A DNA stretch of 37,737 nucleotides. It comes from Octopus bimaculoides. Taxonomy: Eukaryota. The stretch is from contig NC_068990.1 in assembly GCF_001194135.2 (NCBI RefSeq), forward strand, positions 55,279,263 through 55,316,999, given 5' to 3'. This document shows, one piece after another, positions 11,943-23,765 of this stretch. Within the stretch, counting starts at the first letter, position 1; each line of letters starts with the position of its first letter. The position numbers and the translations under genes are program-made. The notes under the pieces were generated by a model. The model was not told the origin of the DNA. It ran no database searches and saw only the letters and a program-made list of their open reading frames with translations.

Positions 11943-13394
11943 CCATGTCACAATAGAAAGCTTTACTTTTTTTTCTCTCTGAACGTTTCGAACGATTACA
12001 CCCAGTAGATTTCGATCTATAGAAATTGTACTGTTATTGTTTAACTTCAGGTTAGCTCCAATTGAGCAAATCGATGATGAAAGACACTTCCAGTGACTAT
12101 TGCTTTTTTGTTATCTTTTATACGTCTAGATAGTTTTTTTTCAAATACAGATTTCGGTCACTGTTTCTAGGAAGTGGTTACTGAGAAAAGAAAGACTTGG
12201 TACGATAGAAAGGGGTGGTTGTTTAACTGTTTTCACCATTTTAAAAATGTTGAGAGTGATAGGGTCATTGTGATTGGTTGTCACGAGAGTAAGGCACACT
12301 GTCGCGTGTTTCCTTGTGATAAGTCTCCAAAGAAAGACTTGAGAGTTTGGTTTAAATTTTGTTGGGAGTAATTGAAGGGACACTGTTAGGACTGATCGTG
12401 TTCGTCACCTGGAGGTTTATCACCATAGGTAATTCATATGCACGTGCTGATTAACAGAGGAGAGCTTGACTTTTTATTTATTGTGCGTGAGAAAGCCTTA
12501 TCTACAAAGGTGTTATTTACAGATCAAAATTGATTGTTAAGTGGTAGATATGAGAATGCTGTTAGGTTACAAGAGATCACTGTTAGGTTACAAGTTATCG
12601 AGTTAGCAGGGCTTTTAGGTCATGTGATACACGAAAGCACTTTTGCTGTCCTGGTGGTGGTTTTGTTGTTGCTGCAACAGGGGATTAAATGCTACCCTCT
12701 TTGTGACTTCTTGTACCTGCTGGAGACAGTATTTCTTTTGCCAATACAGCTGTGAGTTGATTATTTGGGTGAAGCCACTATTAAGAGGGCCCAACTCTTC
12801 CATCACTGTATCTTTAATAAAATATATTGCCTTTGTTTCAATCAATTTTAAGAATAATACAGTATTTAGTCAAATAACTCATTATTCAGCAAGTGTTTGG
12901 AGCATAAATTTATATGAAATTTTGACATAAGGTTTTAAATTTAGATCACTTTATAGCAAGTAGTTTGTATTATAGAAACAGGGGCAGTTTCAGGTGGATT
13001 GGTATAAAAAAAAAAATAACCCTTGAACTGTTCTGAGCAAAGCTTTGCGCAAGTACTTGAGAGTTAGGGTGTGATTAGATGTGGAAAGTTAAGTTGATTA
13101 GATAGTGACCAGATGATCTGGTCACTGTCTAGAAGCTGAGAGTGGGCATTAGAATCAAAGTTTTGCTCAGTGATATGGGTAAGTGTGGAGACTATCTGTT
13201 CTATATGAGAAAATGATCTGATACACTCGCATGAGAGATTATCTATGGCTCAATAAGATGTCTATGAATACCAGAGAAATTGAGTCAACTGCTATGAATT
13301 ACTCTGATGTGAAACTAAATTAACCAAAATTTATGATAGGATCAATACTGCTTTGACACCATTGTAGTAAAAAATTTCTATCACAAAATGCTGA

Positions 13395-15050
13395 AACAAT
13401 AACTATTTCTAATTTTGGTACAAGGCCAGCAATTTTGAGAGGAGGAGGAGGAGGGGCAAGTCAATTACATCAGCCTCAATTCTTGATTAGTACTTCATTT
13501 TCTATCAACCTCAAAAGGATAAAAGGCAAAGGTGACCTTAGCAGGATATGAACTCAGAATGTAAAGACAGATGAAATGTAGCTAAGCATTTTTTTGTATT
13601 AACAATTCTACCAGCTCACAACCTTAATCATAATAATGAAAAGAAAGCCTGTGTTTTAAGTGGAAAACCCTGACTTCACTTTTGTTTTTCCTGTGTGAGT
13701 AATCAACAAGTGATTTTCTTTTTTAATTAATATGCTAATTTTTCACATCGACTAGTATGCAGTATTGGATTGGATACATTGTTATATTGGATACTAGTAT
13801 TGGCTATATACATTTAGATCTTTTCTCATCACTTCTTCACTAAGTACTATGTAGTCTATACTTCACTGAGCTCCAAAGATATTTGTAATTCTCTCTCCTA
13901 TCTGTGAAATGATTAAAACAAAATTATGTAACTTTTTCATCACATAAAATTCTGTTTCTCTGTCTATTTATTCATACATCAACATCAGATCAATACGACT
14001 GCCAAGTAATTTATTTGGGTAAACAAAATTAAAATATTTTAAAAGTTATTTATTCAAAGAATTCTCATATGCAACATAAAGAAAAATAAAGATTATTTTT
14101 GATCAAAGTTTAGTTCTTCCTTGCTTGACACCAAACAGAAAAAAACGAAAAGGCCAAGGATATTTTACTCCTAAAGAGACTGTGCAATTGAAAAAAGATA
14201 AAGACGGAGAGGCCAGAGAAAGAAAAAGGTAAAAACAGCAACAGATTTACTTTCAATCAGCAAAACGATAAATTCTGTTATAAACGTATGATTCAATGAA
14301 TTCTGTTCCTTTTACTACTAAAGACTATTTAATTTTTGAGGTGACTTAAACTATTTGACAAAAACCTTCAGTTACTAAAACACTCAATACAGCTGTTTGT
14401 GAGGTAAATATATTATTTTCCCACTTTAAGGCAGCAAGCTGCCAGAAAGCAAAAGGCTTAGCAGCATTTTGTTTGTCTTAAAGTTCAGAGTTCAAATTCT
14501 ACCAAGGTCAATTTAGCCTTTCCTATGAAAGGCAAAGTTGACTTTCAGGATCAATAAAATAAGTGCCAGTTGAACACTAGGGGTGTTGCAATCAACTTGC
14601 CCTTCCCCACTAAAATTGCTGGTCCTGAACCAAAATTTGAAACCATTATTTTCCTCACTTAAATATTTGCTGATATACAATTACAAAATTATAAAGTAAT
14701 GAATAAATAATTCACTGAAACATATTTACCAGTTTATGTGTGAGTAAGTTTTGGCTAAGATATTTCAGTGAAATAAGTTATAATGAAGAAAATTATTTTT
14801 AAACCCCCCACCCACCAACATTTAGCATCTACCACAGTTATTAGTTTCAAATTTTAGCACAAGGCCAGCAAAGTCGCAGAGAGGGGAAAAGTCAATTACT
14901 TTGACCTCCAGTGCTCACTAATGCTTATTCTGACCCTGAAAGGGTGAAAGATAAGGTCAATCTAGGCACAATTTGAACTCAGAATATGAAGATGGATGAA
15001 ATAATGCAATGCATTTTGCTAGGCATGCTAACAATTCAGCCAGTCCAATA
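13395..15050. repeat. Cluster of three diverged copies of another tRNA-like SINE (about 13395-13600 minus, 14435-14645 plus, 14840-15050 minus)
   Basis: They share GTTC(T/A)GAGTTCAAATT, CCTTT..CCTTT..GG..GATAAA..AAGTACC and AAAATTGCTGGCCTTGT motifs. A further copy lies at 36525-36743 (+). Confidence 0.65.
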
Positions 15051-15863
15051 CCTGTTTTCAGTAGATATTAAAAGATCAGATCTTCACTGAGGAAGTTAAT
15101 TTATTTTCTTGAAATTTATAAGAGGTAAAATAACTTGAAAAATCTTTCAGACTCTTTGCACTGAAATTGAATATATTATTAAAGATAGAATTTTAAATGA
15201 ACAAATTTTTAACATTTTGCAGTCAGCAAAGCAATGAGTATCAAACTAATTATTTCTAAATAGATTTGTAGTGATTACTGCAGCAAATATGAATATTAGT
15301 TGTTTATCCATAATCTTTTGAATGTTGTGAAGACAGCAATACATCATCAAAGATGGATTTATAATTTGCACAATTTCTTCAAATTATCAGGATTTGATGA
15401 TGGAAGAAAAGAAACCCATTTATTGAAAATAGGATAAAACAGAACAAATTATCAACTTGAATTCTCAAACTTGTAACTGTATCTCTTTTGTGGTCACAGA
15501 TTTTCCCAACTTGGTCAATGCTGACTTCATTGTCATCATTTCATGTCTGTTTTTCATCATCTCATGAATTGGAGTTTGAAGAAGCTGGTGAGCAAAAGAA
15601 CTGTGATATAGCTTCTACAGCTAGATGCCCTTATTAATGCCGAACACTTTACATGGTACTTTTAATCTAGCATCAGCGAGGTCACCAAGTAACTTGCAAG
15701 ACAAGACTCAACTAAGTGGGGAGTAGTACTGATGGCAGTGGATTTGTGCAAGGTAATGAGAGGGTAAAATATGCTAGAGTGACATACAGGTGTCTTGCTG
15801 TAGAGAAGAAACATGACTAGGATATTTCAAGGTTTTGTTAAAGGTGGAAGTTGGGATTATATC

Positions 15864-17040
15864 TGTAGTGAAACTACCTATCGCCATTATATACAAACAA
15901 ACCATCTTCTCCCACTGTTATAAATATATTCAAGTTCGGGCGTAGTAGAGAGCAGCCTACTGTATCTATCACGTGACTGATTATTATTTGAAGCGGCAAC
16001 TGCCTTGTACCGTTTCCGCCAGAACGCAACTGACCAATCACAGCCCTTAATAAGGTCACGTGATAGTGATTTTCTAATGCTTTCCTGGAGTCTACCCTCA
16101 GCTATAAATAGCCTAAATTATACCCGCCAAATCGTCGCGGCTCAGATCTTAGATCTGGTCGTTTGACCACACACGCGTAACACAGCTAACCAGTTTCCAG
16201 CGACGACATCAACACCACTTCAACTACGAACTGCAAGCATCGCCACCGACGTCGCCAGCGTCAACATGACTTCTACATACACCAGCTACCAACAGCTAAC
16301 CAAACTACCGTAGAACTTCTCTCTTCGATCCTGTTTGTGTGATTCGCCTCACCACGAAATAACATCCAAGAAATCAGCCTGNNNNNNNNNNCGCCTCACC
16401 ACGAAATAACATCCAAGAAATCAGCCTGCGAAGGACATCTGTACTCAAGAACCCGGCTTGGCATAGAAGCCACAACAACACAACTAGTGATCGCTCTGCC
16501 CCACATGCCTTAACTTCTTATACAGACACTTACCACTGTGTACTCTAAGAACTGGTACTTTAAATCTTTATACGTGTTACTGACTCATATTCAATACTGT
16601 GTATCTCTCGTACCCACATACATGTATCACTTACACACACTCTTTTCTTTACATGACGGCCTGTCTTTTATTGTGTTTTCATTATGACGCATTCACACTC
16701 ACACACAGACATACATTTTAATGCTACAATAAATATTACTGTTATTCATCTCTGTCGGTTGTGTCCTATCTTGTATTTTACTGGCATTTCTTAGTTCTCT
16801 ATGTTATCGAAGTATAACATATATATATCATTTGATATATTTTTGTGTTNNNNNNNNNNTCGGTTGTGTCCTATCTTGTATTTTACTGGCATTTCTTAGT
16901 TCTCTATGTTATCGAAGTATAACATATATATATCATTTGATATATTTTTGTGTTCGACCGTGTGACACGTTTAATAAAAGGAGCCCTGTTTTTCCATTCG
17001 TCACCATTTCTCCTTTTGGGTTCGCACGGTCGTTCTTATA
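15864..17040 (+). mobile_element. Probable solo LTR
   Basis: Begins TGTAG and ends CTTATA (degenerate TACA), flanked by TATC on both sides. Internal order is CCAAT (about 16034), TATAAATA (about 16103), AATAAA (about 16728 and 16973). CpG-richer than its flanks. Confidence 0.5.
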
Positions 17041-17637
17041 TATCTGTTTAGAATTTTGTTTAATTTTGACTTATGATAGAATATAAATTTCAACAATGCA
17101 GCTGTAGAACATAACCATTTCAAATTTTTCGCAAAAGAAGTTTTCGGCTGACTTGAAGACTTTCCAGTTTAATTTTGAACTTTGGACCAACAACACTAAA
17201 GTTATTTTGCTGACCACTAGTTGTCAATGTTGCAAACGATATTTATGAAGATTCTCCCTGGAAATTTAATCCCATTTATACACAGGTGTAAATAATGGTG
17301 TGACTACAAGCAACAGCCTATTTATACATACAAAATTGAATTGTGAAGCACACGCTCACTATATTGTTTGTAAAGACTCCCAGTATTTAGCAGTTTGGAA
17401 TGGTATGGTAGAAAAGGACTCAATAAATAAAATGGCTAGAGTTATAAAATATGCTCAACATATAGCTGAATACCACTGGAAATGGTATACTACAAAAACC
17501 CCTAATTATGAAATTATATGCTGGCCATGATATTTCTGAAGCACTACTTCAGTAAAAATTGCTGAAGAATGTCAATTGAACATAAGCTGAACAATGACAG
17601 GCAGGTGTATGTTCTTGAACGAGGTATAGTTTCCTTG

Positions 17638-18008
17638 GTGGAGGCGCAATGGCCCAGTGGTTAGGGCAACGGACTCACGGTTTCGATTCCCAGACCGGGC
17701 GTTGTGAGTGCTTATTGAGCAAAAACACCTAAAGCTCCACGAGGCTCTGGCTGGGGATGGTGGCGAACCCTGCTGTACTCTTCCACCACAACTTTCTCTC
17801 ACTCTTACTTCCCGTTTCTATTGTGCCTGAAATTCAAAGGGGCCAGCCTTGTCACACTGTGTCACGCTGAATATCCCCGAGAACTGCATTAAGGGTACAC
17901 CTGTCTGTGGAGTGCTCAGCCACTTGCACGTTAATTTCACGAGCAGGCTGTTCCGTTGATCAGATCAACTGGAACCCTCGACGTCGTAAGCGACGGAGTG
18001 CCAACAAA
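17638..18008 (+). mobile_element. Full-length tRNA-derived SINE
   Basis: A box TGGCCCAGTGGTTAG and B box GGTTTCGATTCCC. Flanked by the 10-bp TSD AGTTTCCTTG (17628-17637 and 18009-18018). A near-identical reverse copy lies at about 32617-32847. Confidence 0.88.
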
Positions 18009-18556
18009 AGTTTCCTTGAAGTACCAGACAAAAGACACTGCTCAATATAAAACAGTGGATCAATATAGTCTACATTTGTTTAAGTAATTATCTTTGCAAC
18101 AATACTGGGCAGATCCTTGGTACTTATTTTGGAAGTCTGGTACTTTTTAGGCCCTTGGTACTTATTTTGGAAGTCTGGTACTTTTTATTTGTCACACTGC
18201 TAAGCTATAGAAGACCAACACAATAACTACCTAACAGTTTGTGCCAACCAATTTTACCCACCAGGTATTGACTGGTCAGTCCAAGGTACCATGTAATTGA
18301 AAGCAACTGTAGGAAACATCTCAACTTTTCAATAGCTTCTTAAAATATGAGAAAATTGCAACTCATGAACCATGAGCATACATTCCCAATTGCTCCTTTC
18401 TCTTGGGCAACCTGCTTGACAATGACTTCTCCAGCAGCATTTAGGGTAAGTGGGCCTATATCCTGTCACAGTGTGGTAACACAATAGATAAAAGATATAC
18501 AATGTGTCCTCCAAATTGAAATACAGTAATTTTGCTCGTCACATCATCTCCTTCAA

Positions 18557-18710
18557 AATGTTTTAACTTACGTTTTACCAGTTCACAAAGTTGGTTGAGT
18601 TCTCTCCCTTGGCAATAAAAGAAATATGGATAGAATGTTTTAACTTACGTTTTACCAGTTCACAAAGTTGGTTGAGTTGTCTCCCTTGGCAATAAAAGAA
18701 ATATGGATTG
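18557..18710. repeat. Tandem duplication of about 77 bp
   Basis: AATGTTTTAACTTACGTTTTACCAGTTCACAAAGTTGGTTGAGTT.TCTCCCTTGGCAATAAAAGAAATATGGAT occurs twice, nearly identical. Confidence 0.9.
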
Positions 18711-18814
18711 CAATGGTGGATCTTCAAGGTATTGGGACCTTATCACATTCATAAAAAAGTGATTCTCAACCATTTTCGCCTTCGGTTCTTATTTTACATT
18801 ACTGACCGCCATAG

Positions 18815-19010
18815 CCAATCATTCTTTTATTTGTTTCAGTCATTTGACTGCGGCCATGCTGGAGCACCGCCTTTAGTCGAGCAAATCCACCCCAGGACTT
18901 ATTCTTTGGAAGCCTAGTACTTATTCTATCGGTCTTGTTTTGCCGAACCGCTAGATTACGGGGACGTAAACACACTACCACCCGTTATCAAGCGATGTTG
19001 GGGGGGGGGA
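18815..19010 (-). mobile_element. SINE 3' half, same family
   Basis: CAGTCATTTGACTGCGGCCATGCTGGAGCACCGCC...GGGACGTAAAC is shared with 23410-23590 and 570-740. Confidence 0.78.
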
Positions 19011-22000
19011 CAGACATATACACACACATATATATAGGATCTTTTCCCTTTTTTACAGAATCCTACGTTTTTGGCTGAAGATCCGATTCTGAAAAAAAAA
19101 TTTTTTAAACATCGCATTTTCAAAATTTCAATTAACCCCCCTCCCCTCTTCCTTTTTCTAGAAATTTATTTTTTTTTATTTTGTGAAATACATAGAAAAA
19201 TAGGAAGATTACAATTCTGAAAAAAATTTGTAAAATTTCAATTTTTCAACAAAAAAATATATATAGCAGGCTAGAAATAACAGCCAAATCTTACAAATCT
19301 GCGATAATATAATGTAACCAATCTACTCACCTTTCTGCAAAGATTTCTTTCAGAGTAATTTCCCGCAGTAATATGACAAAGTAATTGAAATTTGAAATTT
19401 TTTTTTCCAAAATCGGATCCTCCATAACCAAAAAAACCATACAAGTAAAAAAAAAAAAATCAATATTTTACTGAAAGTTATGACGGAAAAATCGGGGGTG
19501 GGGTCGTTTTTTTTTTTCATATTCGTTTTCTACATAGGCTGGTTTATTATTTTTTCTTTGTTCACGGGTGGAGAGCTTTATATTAACCAAAACTTTCAAT
19601 ATAACCAATTTATTGCTCATAAATATTAACAAAGGTCATATGGACCACAGGTGAGAAACACTGATATAGAGTGAAGGACCTTTTTTTATTATTCCACATA
19701 CATCTTTCATAGGCCCTTTTGAAAACATTTCAGATAATTTACAAAGAATTCAATTAGAAATGACAACAGACTTTTTGAGGGGCGATCAAAACAGATTTGA
19801 CTTTTCCATCAAATTTGAGACTTGTCTGGTTATGAAACGAGTGAATCAAATAACAAAGTATCAACATTGGCAATATGATTACAAATAGCCATCAGGAGAC
19901 ATTGTATACATAGGGCAATAATCCAAAATTATCACACCAGGTACTTTTGCCTTTGTAACTAAAGCTGTACATAATCCTTATACTATCATCAACATAGACC
20001 AGCTTGACTATTACCTATGCTAAAAGCTTCGTGACTGTTTCAAACTTTAACTGAGGCTAAATTTAGCCAAAAATTTCCCTTGACACATTGTCAACTTGAA
20101 TTTTTCATTTATTTCCATGTAGATTAATTCGCCATCAGAAATCTGTTTCCTCAATAGTATGTACTTATCTAATATTTCCCTTAATTTTATCCATCCTATC
20201 CCATGCACACATTACATCCCAACACATGCTACCAATTTCTCTCCTTGGAACCACCTCATGTCACTTATCCTCTACCACTTTTGAACACTATCTACAATTG
20301 GCCATTGACCCCTGCTCTTTGTTCCCCTCTATATTTACTCCTACATACTAGTTACATTTTTTGCATTTATCACTAAGCATCCGTCCTGCTGCACATCATA
20401 TACAGCTTTATCAAAATGAAGGATCATTGCATTGGTACATATGCCTATTTTAATGGCAACAGAAAGTGTCTGTAGCATTTCACACTGCTGACAACACAAA
20501 ACTTTTAAAAACGGTCTGGATTAACACGTGTACATGCTCGAAAGCTGTGAATAGTATTTCGACAGAGGTGTCACAAGGATCAATTCTTGGACATTTATAT
20601 TTTTAATGCGCACTGCTGACACTAGTGTTAATTAGAAAGCATGACACGCAATTTATATTCACCATCAAGCCTCAGCAAAATGATGCACGGGACGCTAACA
20701 AATTATTGTTTCATAATTCCTTCCAAATCAATTTTGTTTTTAACACGTGCAACCATTTAATATGCAATATTCTAGAATAAAAAATACTGGAAAAAAATTT
20801 TTTTAATCGTGACAAACTATTCTGAAGGCACGAGGAATGTTAAATTTGGAAAATATAAAGTTAATGTTTACAGGTACACTGGCACGCAAAAATCGACCTT
20901 TTTTTTTTTTTTCCTTCCAGCGGATTCCTAAGTTTTCGACCATACGAGTTGTTGAAGTGTAGATCAATTTATATCGACTCCGAACTGTTTTACAGAACAC
21001 GGAAGAAAAGTAAACGCTACCTCGAAAAACTACAGCTAACAATTCAGTTACAATGCAACGTCCATGCTTTTTAGGTAGCAATTATCTAAACACATTTTCA
21101 CAATCTCCCGTCATCTTGTTTAGTATACCGTTTGCTTTTTACATCTGCACACGAATTCATATCTATTGTCACCATCGCTCTTTTAAGTTGTTAGTGAAAC
21201 ACGGCTACTATTATTAGTGCGATTCAACCACTTAGGACCAAATGTGCTGCTGTGTTCTGTACAAATTAAAATATAGGCAATTCTAGTTCAAAGTCCACAC
21301 CACATTTACGTTGGTGAACACTTATCATAGCCGATAGTTTTTTTTTTTATATATATATCCCAATTATGCGACAATTATCAGTTAACTTTAAACGTACATT
21401 GTTTTCAGTTTCTCTTTCCACCAAATAGCACTTCGTGAAAAGTTTTATCGATGGGTTACCGCAACATTACTTCGTCTTAAAATAGGTGAAAAAAGTGTTA
21501 CTCCTACATTTAGCCATGTTCAGAGTTGTGGAGCTGGACAAAATCAAGTTCAAGTTCAATTTTAGCTAGGGTGCCTTCGTGTCGCTACTTCGATTTCCGG
21601 AAGCCACCCTGGCCACAAACTATTTGGTGCAGTCCTACAAACAGCCCAAGAAGGCTACACATACGACGTGCCAAAACGCAAATAACTGCAGTCAAATAAA
21701 TTTCAAATGCTATTTTAAATTGCACACAAACAGTATTACTTTTGAAAGATTCAGGACAAATTCATTTAAGCGTAGGTTTAATAATTCATGCCCTCGGATT
21801 TTTTAGAATTGATTCAGAATTCGCTTTTCTTTTCTCCGTAAAATTAAAAATTCAGTTGTAATTTAATTGGGTTTTAAAGTGTGCAGGTTTTAATTTCGCT
21901 TAATCGTTCATATTCGGTTATATCTGACATGGAAACGAGTGTAGTGAACTTCGTAGGAATTTATAAGAATAAATTACAGCAAAAGGAAAAAAAAATGTGC

Positions 22001-22072
22001 GTAAAACGAAATTAAACTAAACATTAAAATATGCAGTCAACATTTACACAATCTAAAGCAAATAAAAGAAAT

Positions 22073-22293
22073 TGGTGCACATTGAGATTAGACACTGAGG
22101 GAAAACCGCTGTAACTTTATTTTTTCATTTTGGCTTTCGATAATGTTTTCTACATATCACGGTCATGCGATTCCTCCTATAAAATTTTATAGGGGGAATC
22201 GCATGACACACATTATCGAAAGCGAAAATCGTCAAAATGAAAACATAAAAGTTACAGCGGTTTTCCCTCAGTGTCTAATCCCAATGTGCACCA
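22073..22293. mobile_element. Fully palindromic (foldback) MITE
   Basis: TGGTGCACATTGAGATTAGACACTGAGGGAAAACCGCTGTAAC... pairs with ...GTTACAGCGGTTTTCCCTCAGTGTCTAATCCCAATGTGCACCA around a loop-less centre CCTATAAAA|TTTTATAGG. Direct repeat AGAAAT lies at 22067-22072 and 22294-22299. Confidence 0.8.
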
Positions 22294-22459
22294 AGAAATG
22301 TTTAATGCAAATACCCACCACATGGTAACGATGAGGCTGGAAAAGAGACATTAAACACGTGGGAGAAAGATTTTGAACATGTAGAATATCAAAGATTATA
22401 ATTAACGAAAAAGAGAAATCAAAATTACAAACCTGAATAATGAAATATCACGACTCAGA

Positions 22460-22503
22460 AAAATAAACGAATACATTTTTTTTTTCCCACAAGAAATTTT
22501 ATT
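22460..22503 (-). terminator. Putative RPL41 polyadenylation signal
   Basis: On the minus strand, AATAAA (22503-22498) is followed 12 nt later by A10 (22485-22476), then a GT/T-rich downstream element (TGTATTCGTTTATTTTTCT). This implies a 3' UTR of about 420 nt. Confidence 0.55.
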
Positions 22504-22905
22504 GTCATGGTATGTAACAAGACACACCAAAGGACATAAGACAAAAACGTTGATAGGAATTAAAAAGTCTTTCACAAAATGGTTAAGAGAACACAAAATT
22601 TTAAACCATGTTTAAATTTCAGTCTTTGAAGAAGAATGCACAGTTTTGGTTTGGTTTGATTGCTGAAAGTCTGTTGTATTTTTTGTTTTTCAAACAAATG
22701 TTCCAGAAAGATTTTACGTGGAAACAATGACATCAGATCAACACGTTGGATGAAAATCAGAAGGAATGGTTGAACTAGACAAGATGGCGGGATTTCTAGT
22801 CGAGATTTCATCTTTTTTGGGACATCGTTCTTCTAGTTTATATACTGACCAACATTGAGAATAATTTTGTTGTCAGCTTAACCGATTTGCTTGAGAAGAT
22901 CCTTT

Positions 22906-22983
22906 CTACTTCGATCTAGCCCTCATCTTTCGCCTTTTTCGCTTCAACCTCCTCATACGCTTCTTTCTCCACTTGGCTCGCAT
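22906..22983 (-). CDS. RPL41: Ribosomal protein L41 (eL41/eS32), 25 aa, CDS uninterrupted
   Basis: The reverse complement reads ATG CGA GCC AAG TGG AGA AAG AAG CGT ATG AGG AGG TTG AAG CGA AAA AGG CGA AAG ATG AGG GCT AGA TCG AAG TAG = MRAKWRKKRMRRLKRKRRKMRARSK*, essentially the conserved eL41 sequence. It is too short for the ORF track. Confidence 0.96.
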   Translation of the reverse strand: MRAKWRKKRMRRLKRKRRKMRARSK

Positions 22984-23028
22984 TATTACACGGATGTGAA
23001 CCGTCTGAAATACCAGGAGCAAATGGAC

Positions 23029-23084
23029 GAGAAATCGTTCAGCACCTCAAGATATCACGTGGCGAGACTTCATAAACAACCAAT
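23029..23084 (-). promoter_or_regulatory. Putative RPL41 core promoter/TSS region
   Basis: On the minus strand: pyrimidine tract TTTCTCGTCCATTT starting at 23034 (TCT/TOP-like), E-box CACGTG at 23056-23061, and CCAAT/ATTGG box at 23080-23084. Motif-level evidence only. Confidence 0.4.
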
Positions 23085-23394
23085 GAGAAACGAGATATTA
23101 AGTATGGCAGCCCATAAACGGAAAAAGAAAAATCAAATTATGTATGGTATAGTGAGGTTGCCATAATTCTTATTTTTGCCTTTTAAAACTCGCAAAAAAC
23201 AGTAACAACGTAAACTTTTAGCTTAAATTTTGTAAAATTTAGTAATGACATAAAATTTCTTGCTATTATTCTTCTGATGGAAAATGTTTTATCAGCAGTT
23301 TTTGACAATTTACAAAAGAATGCCTCAATTATGAAGATGTAAACTGATGTAATGATTTCTATTTATTTAATAAAAATATTTCGTTATTTAACTT

Positions 23395-23765
23395 TCATCT
23401 TTCATTTGTTTCAGTCAATGGACTGCGGCCATGCTGGGATACCGCCTTGAAGGGTTTAGTCAAACAAATTGACCCAGATCCTCAGTTCTTATTTTGAACC
23501 TGGTACATTTTCTATTAGGCTCTCTTTGCTAAACAGCAAAGTTATGGGGACGTAAGTAAACCAATACCGGTTGTCAAGCGGTGGTGGGGAACAAAGACGC
23601 GCGCGCGCACATATATACACACGACAGGCTTCTTTCAATTCCCACTCACAAGGTTTTGGTCGACCTAGGCCTATAGTAGAGGGTACTTGCCCAAGCTGTC
23701 ATGCAGTGGGACTGAACACGAAACCCTGTAGTCAGGGAGCAAACTTCCTACAACATGTCACGCCT
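23395..23765 (-). mobile_element. SINE, same family as 5568-5950
   Basis: The reverse complement contains the GGGTTTCGTGTTCAGTCCCAC head, CTTGGGCAAGT (CORE-like), and the GCGGTATCCCAGCATGGCCGCAGTC...ACTGAAACAAAT tail. Confidence 0.78.

Noticed and set aside
12385-12780. Possible minus-strand LTR (TGTTAG end, AATAAA)
   Set aside because: The second boundary and TSD could not be defined.
16350-16950. Apparent tandem duplications across 10-N gaps (16382-16391 and 16850-16859)
   Set aside because: The sequence before each gap is repeated right after it, which is typical of unmerged overlapping contig ends (assembly artefact).
17638-17700. tRNA gene candidate
   Set aside because: It has A and B boxes but no full cloverleaf and continues into a SINE body with a TSD.
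19040-19671. Possible hAT MITE ending GGTGAGAAACACTG|ATATAGAG
   Set aside because: Only one TIR-like end was found, so the element cannot be delimited.
20560-20610. EVSQGSILGHLYF resembling the LINE RT motif GVPQGSILGP
   Set aside because: The match is too short and has no flanking RT homology; at most a very old remnant.
22891-23166. Plus-strand 91-aa ORF
   Set aside because: It is the antisense shadow of RPL41, with no independent support.
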